Position numbers and translations under genes: made by a program. A stretch of DNA of 64,000 bases from Gammaproteobacteria bacterium (GTDB taxonomy: Bacteria > Pseudomonadota > Gammaproteobacteria > VBWC01), in the NCBI GenBank assembly GCA_006218035.1, contig VBWC01000010.1, positions 75,572 through 139,571 on the forward strand, written 5' to 3'. Of this stretch, positions 9,762 through 18,034 are shown piece after piece (within the stretch, counting starts at the first letter, position 1; every line of letters starts with the position of its first letter). The notes beneath the pieces were generated by a model. The model ran no database searches. It saw only the letters and a program-made list of their open reading frames with translations, and was not told the DNA's origin.

Positions 9762-10811
9762 CTATTCCGGCGCACCGATCATCTCGCCCAGCTGGTTCCA
9801 GTACATCGGCGGGAGATCCATCGCCAGTTTGATGGCGCCTTCGGCGGCCGCAAAATTCGCATCGGCCACTTTTACCACGCGGGTATCGCCATACTCCGCC
9901 AGTTGATCGGCAATCATTTCGTCAAGGCCGTGGATCAAGGAACCACCACCCGCCAAAATAATGTTCTGCAAAACTGTGCCCTGCACCGACGGATCAAACG
10001 TACGGAGTAGCGCCGTCACGTTCTCAATGATATCGGGCACGATCGACTCGCAAACGCTGCGGACCTGATCCTGCACCGAATAGACTACCGGCCGGCCGTC
10101 CGCCCGGAAATTGACGTTAATGGTACCTGCCGGCGAATCACCGACGAAGGAATGTTGTTCCTTGATATGGGAGGCAATCAGGTTGGTCAACTGGATATCG
10201 GGATAGGCCTCCTGCAACTCCGCCTTCAACTTGCCATCCAGATAATCGCCCGCCTTATGCAGCGTGATCTGGTCTTCCGGTCCCGGCATCATGCCTTTCA
10301 GCGCCGCGATGTCGATAGTCCCGGCACCGATATCAATAACGATGGCATTCAGTAGAATATCGAGCCCGTAGGCGACCATAAACGGCTCAGAGACTACCAG
10401 CGCGGTATCCATGACTTCGTGCGCCATGCTCAGCAGCAACGTCTTGTCCGCTGCCGAGGCACGGGCGGGAATACCGATGACACCCGCAATTTCGTCGCCG
10501 TCTTCGGGCTGCGCCAGCTGGAGCACGTAGTCGATCAGGTGTCTGGCGACGTCCAGGTCGCGATCGCTCAATTCCTTTAACACGCCCTCGCCCAGCGGGT
10601 AACGCAGGTCCAGATAGGAATGCTTGTCCAGGGCCTCCTGCCCGACCGCATATGGTTTGCCCAGCAGCTTCACGCCAATCAGATCCTTGGGGTAACCCAC
10701 CACCGATCTCACCATCTCCCTGGTGCCACGACTGGTCATAATCGCGGTACGTGATGTTCCGAGATCAATCCCCAGCAGCAATTGATTATCGTTTTTATGC
10801 GCGGCGTTCAT
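9762..10811 (-). CDS. mamK: MamK, actin-like magnetosome filament protein
   Basis: 349 aa. Actin/MreB-fold phosphate motifs (LLLGIDLGTSRT, ILAGGGSLIHGL). Position after mamE and the mamJ-position gene. Confidence 0.85.
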   Translation of the reverse strand: MNAAHKNDNQLLLGIDLGTSRTAIMTSRGTREMVRSVVGYPKDLIGVKLLGKPYAVGQEALDKHSYLDLRYPLGEGVLKELSDRDLDVARHLIDYVLQLAQPEDGDEIAGVIGIPARASAADKTLLLSMAHEVMDTALVVSEPFMVAYGLDILLNAIVIDIGAGTIDIAALKGMMPGPEDQITLHKAGDYLDGKLKAELQEAYPDIQLTNLIASHIKEQHSFVGDSPAGTINVNFRADGRPVVYSVQDQVRSVCESIVPDIIENVTALLRTFDPSVQGTVLQNIILAGGGSLIHGLDEMIADQLAEYGDTRVVKVADANFAAAEGAIKLAMDLPPMYWNQLGEMIGAPE

Positions 10812-10870
10812 GTGTTATGTCCCCTGCTATCGGTTAACGTAATACCCATTCGCGATCGAGTTGTCGACGC

Positions 10871-12454
10871 CTACTCAGGCGTCGTCGATTTTTTTTCCTT
10901 GAAGAATCCACTGACCAATCTCGCGCCATCTTTCGCGCCCAACGCGATTCCGGATACTGACTGCCTGCCAACGTTCACTATCCGTCCGACTCCGTTGCCC
11001 AGCGCCTTGAAAACGCCTCTCCCCAAGCCCTCGATCGGTATCGTTTTCTCCAGTTTTTTTTTCCGCGGCACCTCACTCGAGGAGGATGTTGATGCCGTTG
11101 CCCGGCTGGCTGCTACGGTTGCCTGCGGCGTTGCACCGGCATCGAATGGCGCGCGCGGCTGACTGCCAACCTCCGCAGTACCGGTAACGACGGGGCGCTT
11201 CGGTATCGGCGCCCGTTGCTTCGGCCGAAATCGCGGTGATGGCTCCTCGGTGGCGCGGGAAACCGCACGTTGCCGCTCCGCCAGCCGCATCTTGAGACGG
11301 TCGGTATCCGAGATTCCGCCGGTATCCGGCTTCTTGACCACGAACTGACTTTCGGCAACCGCGCCGGCGAGCTCGCGTATCGCCTCGCCCAGTTCGTCGC
11401 GCTGAACCTCGCGAGCGGGACGGCTGACGGGCGAGGGCCGCGGCGCGAACGATGGGCGTTCCGGTTTGGGAGCGTCCACCGCTGGACGCGACGGGGCCTG
11501 AGCCTGCACATCCGGCGTCCGGCGCAACGGCGGCGGTGAAACCGACGCGTCCTGCGCCATCATCGGAACCGGGGCGGCGCCGCGCCGCGGTTCTGCCTCG
11601 CGTTTCGTGCTGCTCGCCGGTGCCGCAACCGGCGCGGGCTGTGTCACCGTCGCCTGTGGAACTGTTACGTGTGGCGCTGTCGCCCGCGACGCGATTACCT
11701 GCGGAGCCGCGCGGGACACGCCTGTGCTTTCCGGCATCGAGCGGCGCTTGAACGCCGGCGTCGGCCGGGTCGCCCACGGCGACGCCGCCATCAAATCGGT
11801 AAACTCCCCGGACACAGCCGATTTGTCACCAACGGGACGACGCCCATGATCGCCGCGCGTATCGTGCGCGGCGGCGGACGCCGCGCCCGTTCTCAGTCGG
11901 CTTGCCCACGGTGATGCATTCAGTAACTCGCCCAGACTCTGGCCGGTGGACACACTGGTTTCCGCCGGCATACGCTTGCTGTCAGGCTGCTCTTTCTGCA
12001 CTGCAGACGTCGTAGCAGCCTTTGTTGTAGATGCTGCGGCCGATGTTTTCGCGGTCTTTTTCTTTAGCGTCGCCGGACTGGGCTCGCTACCACCATGATT
12101 TGCAGGTTTTTTTGGCGCAGGCACAGCGGGGGGCGCGCTACGTTTTGGGTTGGCCCATGGCGAAGCGTCGAACACACTTACCCAGGATCCCTCAGGTTCC
12201 GCGACACCGGTCCGTTTTACCGTCGCTCTGCGATGAGCGCTGGATTGGATAGCAGAGCCCGTATTCTTCAGGGTCGCGGACGGCTTTCGGCTGACGGATG
12301 CCTTCGCAACGGCGCCCTTGGCAGCGACTGGCTTCGCCTTTTTCGTCGACGTACGAGCAACCGTCTTTTTGCGAGCGGCCTTCGGAGCTGTCTTTTTCGT
12401 AGCCTTGACTGTTCTTTTCTTCGCGGATGCGGCCCGCGACCTTTTTTTAGTCAC
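10871..12454 (-). CDS. Low-complexity Lys/Ala/Pro-rich protein in the mamJ position (putative MamJ analogue)
   Basis: 527 aa, GTG start. N-terminal ~60 aa extremely basic (MTKKRSRAASAKKRTVKATKKTAPKAARKK...). Then an Ala/Pro/Ser/Arg-rich region with three ASPWA motifs. Globular-looking C-terminus (GRGVFKALGNGVGRIVNVGRQSV). Sits between mamE and mamK exactly where mamJ lies in Magnetospirillum, but is basic rather than acidic. Confidence 0.45.
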   Translation of the reverse strand: MTKKRSRAASAKKRTVKATKKTAPKAARKKTVARTSTKKAKPVAAKGAVAKASVSRKPSATLKNTGSAIQSSAHRRATVKRTGVAEPEGSWVSVFDASPWANPKRSAPPAVPAPKKPANHGGSEPSPATLKKKTAKTSAAASTTKAATTSAVQKEQPDSKRMPAETSVSTGQSLGELLNASPWASRLRTGAASAAAHDTRGDHGRRPVGDKSAVSGEFTDLMAASPWATRPTPAFKRRSMPESTGVSRAAPQVIASRATAPHVTVPQATVTQPAPVAAPASSTKREAEPRRGAAPVPMMAQDASVSPPPLRRTPDVQAQAPSRPAVDAPKPERPSFAPRPSPVSRPAREVQRDELGEAIRELAGAVAESQFVVKKPDTGGISDTDRLKMRLAERQRAVSRATEEPSPRFRPKQRAPIPKRPVVTGTAEVGSQPRAPFDAGATPQATVAASRATASTSSSSEVPRKKKLEKTIPIEGLGRGVFKALGNGVGRIVNVGRQSVSGIALGAKDGARLVSGFFKEKKSTTPE

Positions 12455-12523
12455 CCCTACCTCCCGCGAACCTGGTTCGATTAGCTTATTTTCGGCTATG
12501 GAGATTTAGAACCGATTTATACA

Positions 12524-15223
12524 TCAAAGCGTGACAAAAATCTCGCGATTGTTGCGGTTAATCTTGAACAACACGTTGGGTTCGTTCGCCGCATTGTTTA
12601 TCGCGCGGTCCAACAACTCCGGCGTCCCTACCGGCTGATTGTTGATCAAAATAACCACATCCCGCTTCTGTATGCCGGCCTGCATGGCGCGCGAACCGCG
12701 GCGGACCTCCTTGACCTGTGCCCCCATCAGCGGCCCGACTCCCGGCAGTCCGCCGACCGCACCGGCCACCGGCTGCCGAACAACCTTAAGCTCCATCCCT
12801 AACCAGTTAACTTCGTTTCTAACGCCCCGGCCCGGTAGCGGCGCTGGCACCTGGTCGCCGTTCGCCACAATCATATCCAGCCGAACATTCTGACCCGCTC
12901 CGTTCCGATCGATATTCAGCCGCGGCCGATCGCCGGTCTGCAGCGCGCTCAGTTCACGCGCCAGCTGGTCCGGAGTACGAACCCGTTTTCCGTCGATTTT
13001 CAGGATGATATCACCCGCCACAAGGCCGGACGTTTCGGCCAGCGAACGCGGCACGACCGAACTGACAAACACGCCCTTGCCTACCGGCTGATTTATTTGC
13101 GTCGCGAGAAACGGCGATACCGGCATTACCGTTGCACCGAGTATCACACGCGCCTCCGGTTCCGCGGCGGCCAGAGTATCGACAGGCATTCCCGGCATCT
13201 GCGCCATGCCTGCCTGTCCCATCGGGACCGGCGGCGCCATCATCATGCCCTGCCCGTTGTTAGCTGGCATCATCGCGTTCGGCGCCACGCCACGGTTTTC
13301 GGGGCGCGGGTCCTGATTGACGTTCATGCCCGCCACGCCCTGATTCATCCCCGCCATACCGGGCATCCCGCCATTCCGGTTCTCGAGACGGCGATCCTGG
13401 TTGATGTTCATGCCAATCATGTCCTGGCCGGCCATACCCTGGCCCATGCCCATCATGCCGGGCGCCATGGCGCCATTCTGGTTTTCAAGACGGCGGTCCT
13501 GATTGACGTTCATTGCCAACGTCGCCGGCGGCCGCGCGAACTGATATTGCGGCATCGCGATCGCCATCGCGTTAACGCCGCCCGCATTAATACCCTGCTG
13601 CGCCGGGAGCATCTGGTGACAGATCGTGCAGTTCATCCGTTCACGGCCATCCGTATGTGGCGCTGGTGTACCCGCGATAATCGCCGGGCCAGGATCCGGA
13701 CGGATTTGCTGCGCAATCTGCTGCATTACCGGCTGCGTACCCATCATCATGCCGATCTGGTTCATACCTTGCTGCGCCGGGAGCATCTGGTGACAGATGG
13801 TGCAGTTCATCCGCTCACGGCCATCCGTATGCGGCGCCGGTGTGCCGGCGATGATTGCCGGGCCCGGGTCTGGCTGTATTTGCCGGGCGATCTGTTGCAT
13901 CATCGGCTGCGTCGCAACCACATTGGCGCCGGCTTGCTGGCCGCCAACGATCTGATGACACATCTGGCAATCCATACGCTCGCGGCCATCCGTATGCGGC
14001 GACCTTGTTCCGGCCGCAAGCGTCGGACCGACCTGGTTGCCCGCCGGTTGCATCGCGATCTGCTGCATCGCCACCAGCTGCGCCATCGGCTGCTGATTCG
14101 CCATCGCGTCCGGAAATACCGCTGGCAACGCCACCTCGGTCTGCACAAACTGCCTGACCCGGTTCGATGGAATCGCGAAACCGACACCGGAGAATGCGCC
14201 GGTCGGCGTGTATATCGCAGTGTTGATACCTATCACTTCGCCCTGATCATTCACCAACGGGCCGCCGGAGTTGCCCTGATTCACGGCGGCATCCGTCTGA
14301 ATCAAATCACCGTGGGTGACCCCCTCGATGGTCAGCGATTTACGCAGACCCGAAACAATGCCGCGGCTGACCGTCTGATCGAGACCAAACGGGCTGCCGA
14401 ACGCCAGCACGGATGACGCCACCGGAATCTTCGTGCTGTCGCCCAGCTTCGCGGCGCGCAACGGCAACCGGGAATTTATCTTCAGCAGCGCGAGATCGAT
14501 ACCTTCGTCCAGCCTGACCATCTGCGCGAGATAACGCTGCGTACCCGAGTCATGGAATACGGTCACATAGATTGCCGCGGCACCACGCACCACGTGAAAA
14601 TTCGTAATGACATAACCGTCCGAGTGGACGATGACGCCGGAGCCGATACTTTCGTTGCCGGTGCCGGTTGCCGGGCTGGTAAACTGCACGCCCGCCGATG
14701 CCGCACCAGGTGCAACGGTTTCCTGTGCCGCCACCGACGCCGAGCGCGTGACGTTGATATTCACGACACTGAAACGCATCTGTTCCGCCACAGGCGCAAA
14801 CCGGCTCGCGGCCAGCATCATCGGATCACCGGGCGGAATGCCGACCGGCATACTGGCCGCCGGCGCCAGGGCCTCGGGGGTCCAGCGCGGCTGCATTTGC
14901 TGTTGCGGGAAATTGCCACCGCCATTCGGCATCGGCTGCGCGTTGGCAAACGCGGGCATCGGGTCACCCATGCCCGGCATCGAATTCATCGCGTTGGCGG
15001 GCATCTGGTTTTGCATTGCGAACGCCGGCATCGCCGGCTGAGCACCGGCTACATTGTTAGCCGCCGGTCTGGTTGACAGATCGACATGTATGCCCTTGTC
15101 GAAGAAATTAACGTACCAGTAGCTGCCGAGCACGATGAGAATCGCGGCTGCCCCGAGGACGTAGAGGTAACGGCGCGTTTCCAGGCCGCACCGGTCGGAG
15201 ATACCGAAATTAAGCATTCCCAT
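12524..15223 (-). CDS. mamE: MamE, HtrA-like serine protease with PDZ domains and three magnetochrome CXXCH motifs
   Basis: 899 aa. N-terminal TM helix. Trypsin-like catalytic motifs (VITNFHVV, DLALLKI, GNSGGPLVND). Three CXXCH motifs (MDCQMCHQIVGG and two copies of MNCTICHQMLPAQQ). Two C-terminal PDZ-like regions. Internal tandem repeats. Confidence 0.85.
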   Translation of the reverse strand: MGMLNFGISDRCGLETRRYLYVLGAAAILIVLGSYWYVNFFDKGIHVDLSTRPAANNVAGAQPAMPAFAMQNQMPANAMNSMPGMGDPMPAFANAQPMPNGGGNFPQQQMQPRWTPEALAPAASMPVGIPPGDPMMLAASRFAPVAEQMRFSVVNINVTRSASVAAQETVAPGAASAGVQFTSPATGTGNESIGSGVIVHSDGYVITNFHVVRGAAAIYVTVFHDSGTQRYLAQMVRLDEGIDLALLKINSRLPLRAAKLGDSTKIPVASSVLAFGSPFGLDQTVSRGIVSGLRKSLTIEGVTHGDLIQTDAAVNQGNSGGPLVNDQGEVIGINTAIYTPTGAFSGVGFAIPSNRVRQFVQTEVALPAVFPDAMANQQPMAQLVAMQQIAMQPAGNQVGPTLAAGTRSPHTDGRERMDCQMCHQIVGGQQAGANVVATQPMMQQIARQIQPDPGPAIIAGTPAPHTDGRERMNCTICHQMLPAQQGMNQIGMMMGTQPVMQQIAQQIRPDPGPAIIAGTPAPHTDGRERMNCTICHQMLPAQQGINAGGVNAMAIAMPQYQFARPPATLAMNVNQDRRLENQNGAMAPGMMGMGQGMAGQDMIGMNINQDRRLENRNGGMPGMAGMNQGVAGMNVNQDPRPENRGVAPNAMMPANNGQGMMMAPPVPMGQAGMAQMPGMPVDTLAAAEPEARVILGATVMPVSPFLATQINQPVGKGVFVSSVVPRSLAETSGLVAGDIILKIDGKRVRTPDQLARELSALQTGDRPRLNIDRNGAGQNVRLDMIVANGDQVPAPLPGRGVRNEVNWLGMELKVVRQPVAGAVGGLPGVGPLMGAQVKEVRRGSRAMQAGIQKRDVVILINNQPVGTPELLDRAINNAANEPNVLFKINRNNREIFVTL

Positions 15224-15228
15224 CGGCG

Positions 15229-15432
15229 CTACTCTTTGTCGCTGACAAGATCATCGTCGATCTTTTTGCCGGTACGGAGCTGCGAAACACCCGCACCGAG
15301 CGCGACAACACCGAAGACAATCAGGACGAGTGGCGCCAGTCCACGCAGCAACTCGGCAAACGACCACCACCATACCGTCAGACCCCATAAACCGAACGAT
15401 ACGCCAAGCAATCCGATGATGATGTTATTCAT
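15229..15432 (-). CDS. mamI: MamI, small two-TM magnetosome membrane protein
   Basis: Track ORF 15229..15483, but an internal Met at 15430-15432 (MNNIIIGLLGVSFGLWGLTVWWWSFAELLRGLAP...) has a GGAG SD 9 nt upstream and gives ~67 aa. The WWW/FLRG two-TM signature resembles MamI. First gene of the minus-strand operon in this window. Confidence 0.65.
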   Translation of the reverse strand: MNNIIIGLLGVSFGLWGLTVWWWSFAELLRGLAPLVLIVFGVVALGAGVSQLRTGKKIDDDLVSDKE

Positions 15433-15483
15433 GGTTGTTTCTCCAAATCCTGTGAGGCCCTGGAGAGACTGCGAGACAGCCAA

Positions 15484-16201
15484 GGCGTGGCCATACGGTA
15501 CGGCGATGAATTTTCGGTAGTGGCATGGTTTATCGTGTCTTTACCGTCGCGGTTACTCGACCTGTACGCGGACGGCAGAAACCACTCGATCTGCCCGATC
15601 GCAACGCGGCGAAAACTGCTTCAGCACTCTCCAACCGATTTTTGTATTTTGTATACGTTAAGTCACGAGTTCGTTCCATCATAAGCACATTCCACGGGCC
15701 TGTAAACAACGCAAGCTCGCGCAATTTCTAAAGAAAAGTGCGAACCATTTTCAATCGCAATTAACTTTCGTCACGGCGGGTCGTTTGACGGATGACGGAA
15801 TTCCAATCGATCACCGTTCGCCCGCAATCCGCCTGCCAAGACGGCAGGAAAATTGTGCCGGCGTCGATGCGACACGCGGCGCCAATAACCTTGCGATCGG
15901 TTGGTTTGAAGAAACCCACTGTTTTGGTAACCTATGCCGGCAACTCTTGATAGATGCATGAAACAGGCGTAGCCGCAATCACTGCAATCAGGATCCCGCA
16001 AGCGGTCGGGCCGCACCGCGGAACACGCAAGTATGGGCATCGTGACGTTCTCAATGTCTCTGCCGCACCCCCGCCGGGAAACGACGCGGTACGCGTGTGG
16101 CGATAATCACAGGCGACCCCGTTGATCAAGAACCATGGTTATCCCCGGACAACACGAACGGTGCCGTACGTTGACGGCGCATTCACCAGGAGGTCGGCGA
16201 T
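15484..16201. promoter_or_regulatory. Divergent intergenic region between mamI (minus) and mamA-like (plus); presumed mamAB-operon promoter region
   Basis: 718-bp non-coding gap with AT-richer stretches (15640-15770) in an otherwise GC-rich context. Strong SD (caggagg) before the 16202 ATG. Confidence 0.4.
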
Positions 16202-16891
16202 ATGAGTTCGGATCACCACGAAACACCCATCGGCGAAATGACGCTCTTCGACAGAGTGGAGTTGTATTCGCAATATGGCGCGCGGGTTGCCAAACACGTC
16301 GTGGTTAACGTCGCGTCAGGCGTCCGCTCTGCATTTCGGTTCAACGGCAGCCTGCGCGAAGGATTATTCCTTGAAAAAGGCATCAAATATACGCGCAGCG
16401 GATTTTACAGCAAGGCCATTCCAATTCTGGAAAAAGTGCTCAAGGACATACCGGACGACCCCGAAATACTCGTGCATCTGGGGCTGTGCTACACCAAGGT
16501 CGGCCAGTCGGACCATGGCCTGGACCTGTTAAAAAAGGCGCACGAAACCAGCTCGGGCTCGGTCAAAACGGCGATGATCCTGGGCATCACCTATCTCGAT
16601 GCGGAGGATTACCAGAATGCCGCGGACTACCTCGAACTCGCTGCCGCAAAAAAACCCGAAGACTACAAGATTCGCTACAAACTCGGCGTGTGTCACGACA
16701 ACCTGAAACAGCATGACCGGGCCATCGACTGGTTTGAGCAGGCGCTCGAGCTGCGGCCCGATATTCCCAAATTGCACCGCGCGCTCGGGTTTTCCTACGA
16801 GATCAAAGGCAAGCGCGCCAAGGCAATCGAGCATTTCCAGCGTGCCACCGCGCTCGAGGAACAGGGCACCGGGGTCGACCCCCGGCGCTGA
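16202..16891 (+). CDS. MamA paralog, TPR-repeat protein
   Basis: 229 aa. Full-length similarity to the MamA at 2572..3222 (e.g. YKLGVCHDNLKQHDRAIDWFEQALELRPDIPKLHRALGFSYE versus YKLGVAYDHLKQHDKAIECFKAALELRPNESKLHRAIGFAYE). Transcribed divergently from mamI. Confidence 0.75.
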   Translation: MSSDHHETPIGEMTLFDRVELYSQYGARVAKHVVVNVASGVRSAFRFNGSLREGLFLEKGIKYTRSGFYSKAIPILEKVLKDIPDDPEILVHLGLCYTKVGQSDHGLDLLKKAHETSSGSVKTAMILGITYLDAEDYQNAADYLELAAAKKPEDYKIRYKLGVCHDNLKQHDRAIDWFEQALELRPDIPKLHRALGFSYEIKGKRAKAIEHFQRATALEEQGTGVDPRR

Positions 16892-16955
16892 TCCCCGCTA
16901 TAATCCGCCTGTTCTCGGTCTCTGCACTATTCCGGAGGTAACGAATTTGACTCAC

Positions 16956-17993
16956 ATGGCGCGGCCTACACCTCTTGTCGGACTCACGATGCTGCTTGGC
17001 GTCGCGCTGTGCGTCGGTCCCGGGCAAAACGCGACGGCCGAAGAGGTCAACCTGTATTCGGCGCGCAAGGAAGAATTGATCAAGCCGCTGCTCGATAAAT
17101 TCACTGCCAAAACGGGGATCAAGGTCAATCTCGTCACCGGCTCGGCCGATGCGCTGCTGAAGCGCCTGGAAACCGAGGGCAAGAACACGCCGGCGGATAT
17201 GTTCATTACCACCGATGCCGGGCGCCTGCACCGCGCCAAGGCGGCGGGCGTGCTGCAAGCGATATCGTCGCCAGTGCTCGAGAAGAATATTCCTGCCGAA
17301 TTCCGCGATGCCAAGGGATACTGGTTCGGCCTGTCGCTGCGCGCGCGGCCGATCATGTACGCCAAGGGCCGGCTGGATCCGGCGGAATTATCGACCTATG
17401 AGGCGCTCGCCGACGCGAAGTGGAAAGGTCGCATCTGCGTCCGTTCCTCGGAAAACATCTACAACCAGTCCCTGGTCGCCTCGATGATCGTCGCCAACGG
17501 TGAAGAAGCGACCGAAAAATGGGCGGAAGGCCTGGTACGCAACCTGGCGCGGCCACCGCGCGGTGGTGACGAAGATCAGATCAAGGCGGCCGCTGCAGGC
17601 CAGTGCGACATCGCCATTGCAAACACCTATTACCTGGGCGGCATGTTGCATTCCAGAGACCCGGGCGAGCGCGCAGCGGCAGAAAAGATCGCCATCTTCT
17701 GGCCGAATCAGAAAGACCGCGGCGTTCACGTCAACGTCAGCGGTGCCGGTGTGACCCGCTGGGCGCCGCATCGTGATACCGCGGTCAAACTGCTCGAATT
17801 CCTGATCACCGACGAGGCGCAGGAATGGTATGCGCAGGTGAATAACGAATATCCGGCCAAACCCGGCATTCCCGAAAGCCCGGCGCTGATCAAGGCATGG
17901 GGCCGATTCAAAGCTGATACTATAAGCCTGTCACAGCTGGGGGAGTACAACGCGGCAGCAGTCAAACTCATGGACCGGGCCGGATGGAAGTAG
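16956..17993 (+). CDS. fbpA: Fe(III) ABC transporter periplasmic substrate-binding protein (FbpA/AfuA family)
   Basis: Start moved to the ATG at 16956 (MARPTPLVGLTMLLGVALC... signal peptide). The upstream part of track ORF 16713.. overlaps the mamA-like gene. ~345 aa; typical FbpA motifs (LYSARKEELIKPL, ADMFITTDAG, YYLGGM). Confidence 0.8.
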   Translation: MARPTPLVGLTMLLGVALCVGPGQNATAEEVNLYSARKEELIKPLLDKFTAKTGIKVNLVTGSADALLKRLETEGKNTPADMFITTDAGRLHRAKAAGVLQAISSPVLEKNIPAEFRDAKGYWFGLSLRARPIMYAKGRLDPAELSTYEALADAKWKGRICVRSSENIYNQSLVASMIVANGEEATEKWAEGLVRNLARPPRGGDEDQIKAAAAGQCDIAIANTYYLGGMLHSRDPGERAAAEKIAIFWPNQKDRGVHVNVSGAGVTRWAPHRDTAVKLLEFLITDEAQEWYAQVNNEYPAKPGIPESPALIKAWGRFKADTISLSQLGEYNAAAVKLMDRAGWK

Positions 17994-18034
17994 CGCCTTA
18001 CTGACGCCTCGCCTTTTCCATAAACCCTATTCGC

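Noticed and set aside
11073-11777. Alternative-frame ORFs (11073..11777, 11113..11511) overlapping the mamJ-position gene
   Set aside because: Same strand, different frames. Arg/Gly/Ser-rich junk composition. Only the 10871..12454 frame spans the whole mamE-mamK gap.
13290-13960. Possible CRISPR-like repeat array
   Set aside because: The repeats are in-frame protein-coding tandem duplications within mamE (period ~85-180 bp, no unique spacers).
13097-14416. 439-aa plus-strand ORF inside mamE, and similar long antisense ORFs (399..1265, 5306..6013, 28987..30999, 35817..37190, 37644..38645, 52158..53570, 50...51762 minus)
   Set aside because: They lie antisense to or out of frame with genes that have clear family motifs, are Arg/His/Pro-rich as expected from GC-rich non-coding frames, and lack SD sequences. 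They are stop-codon-poor artefacts.
16713-16955. N-terminal 81-aa extension of the fbpA ORF in the track
   Set aside because: It overlaps the 3' end of the MamA-paralog gene in another frame. The internal ATG at 16956 yields a proper signal peptide and typical FbpA length.
16892-16955. Fur box upstream of fbpA
   Set aside because: No 19-bp GATAATGATAATCATTATC-like palindrome is recognisable by eye. Left as unknown.
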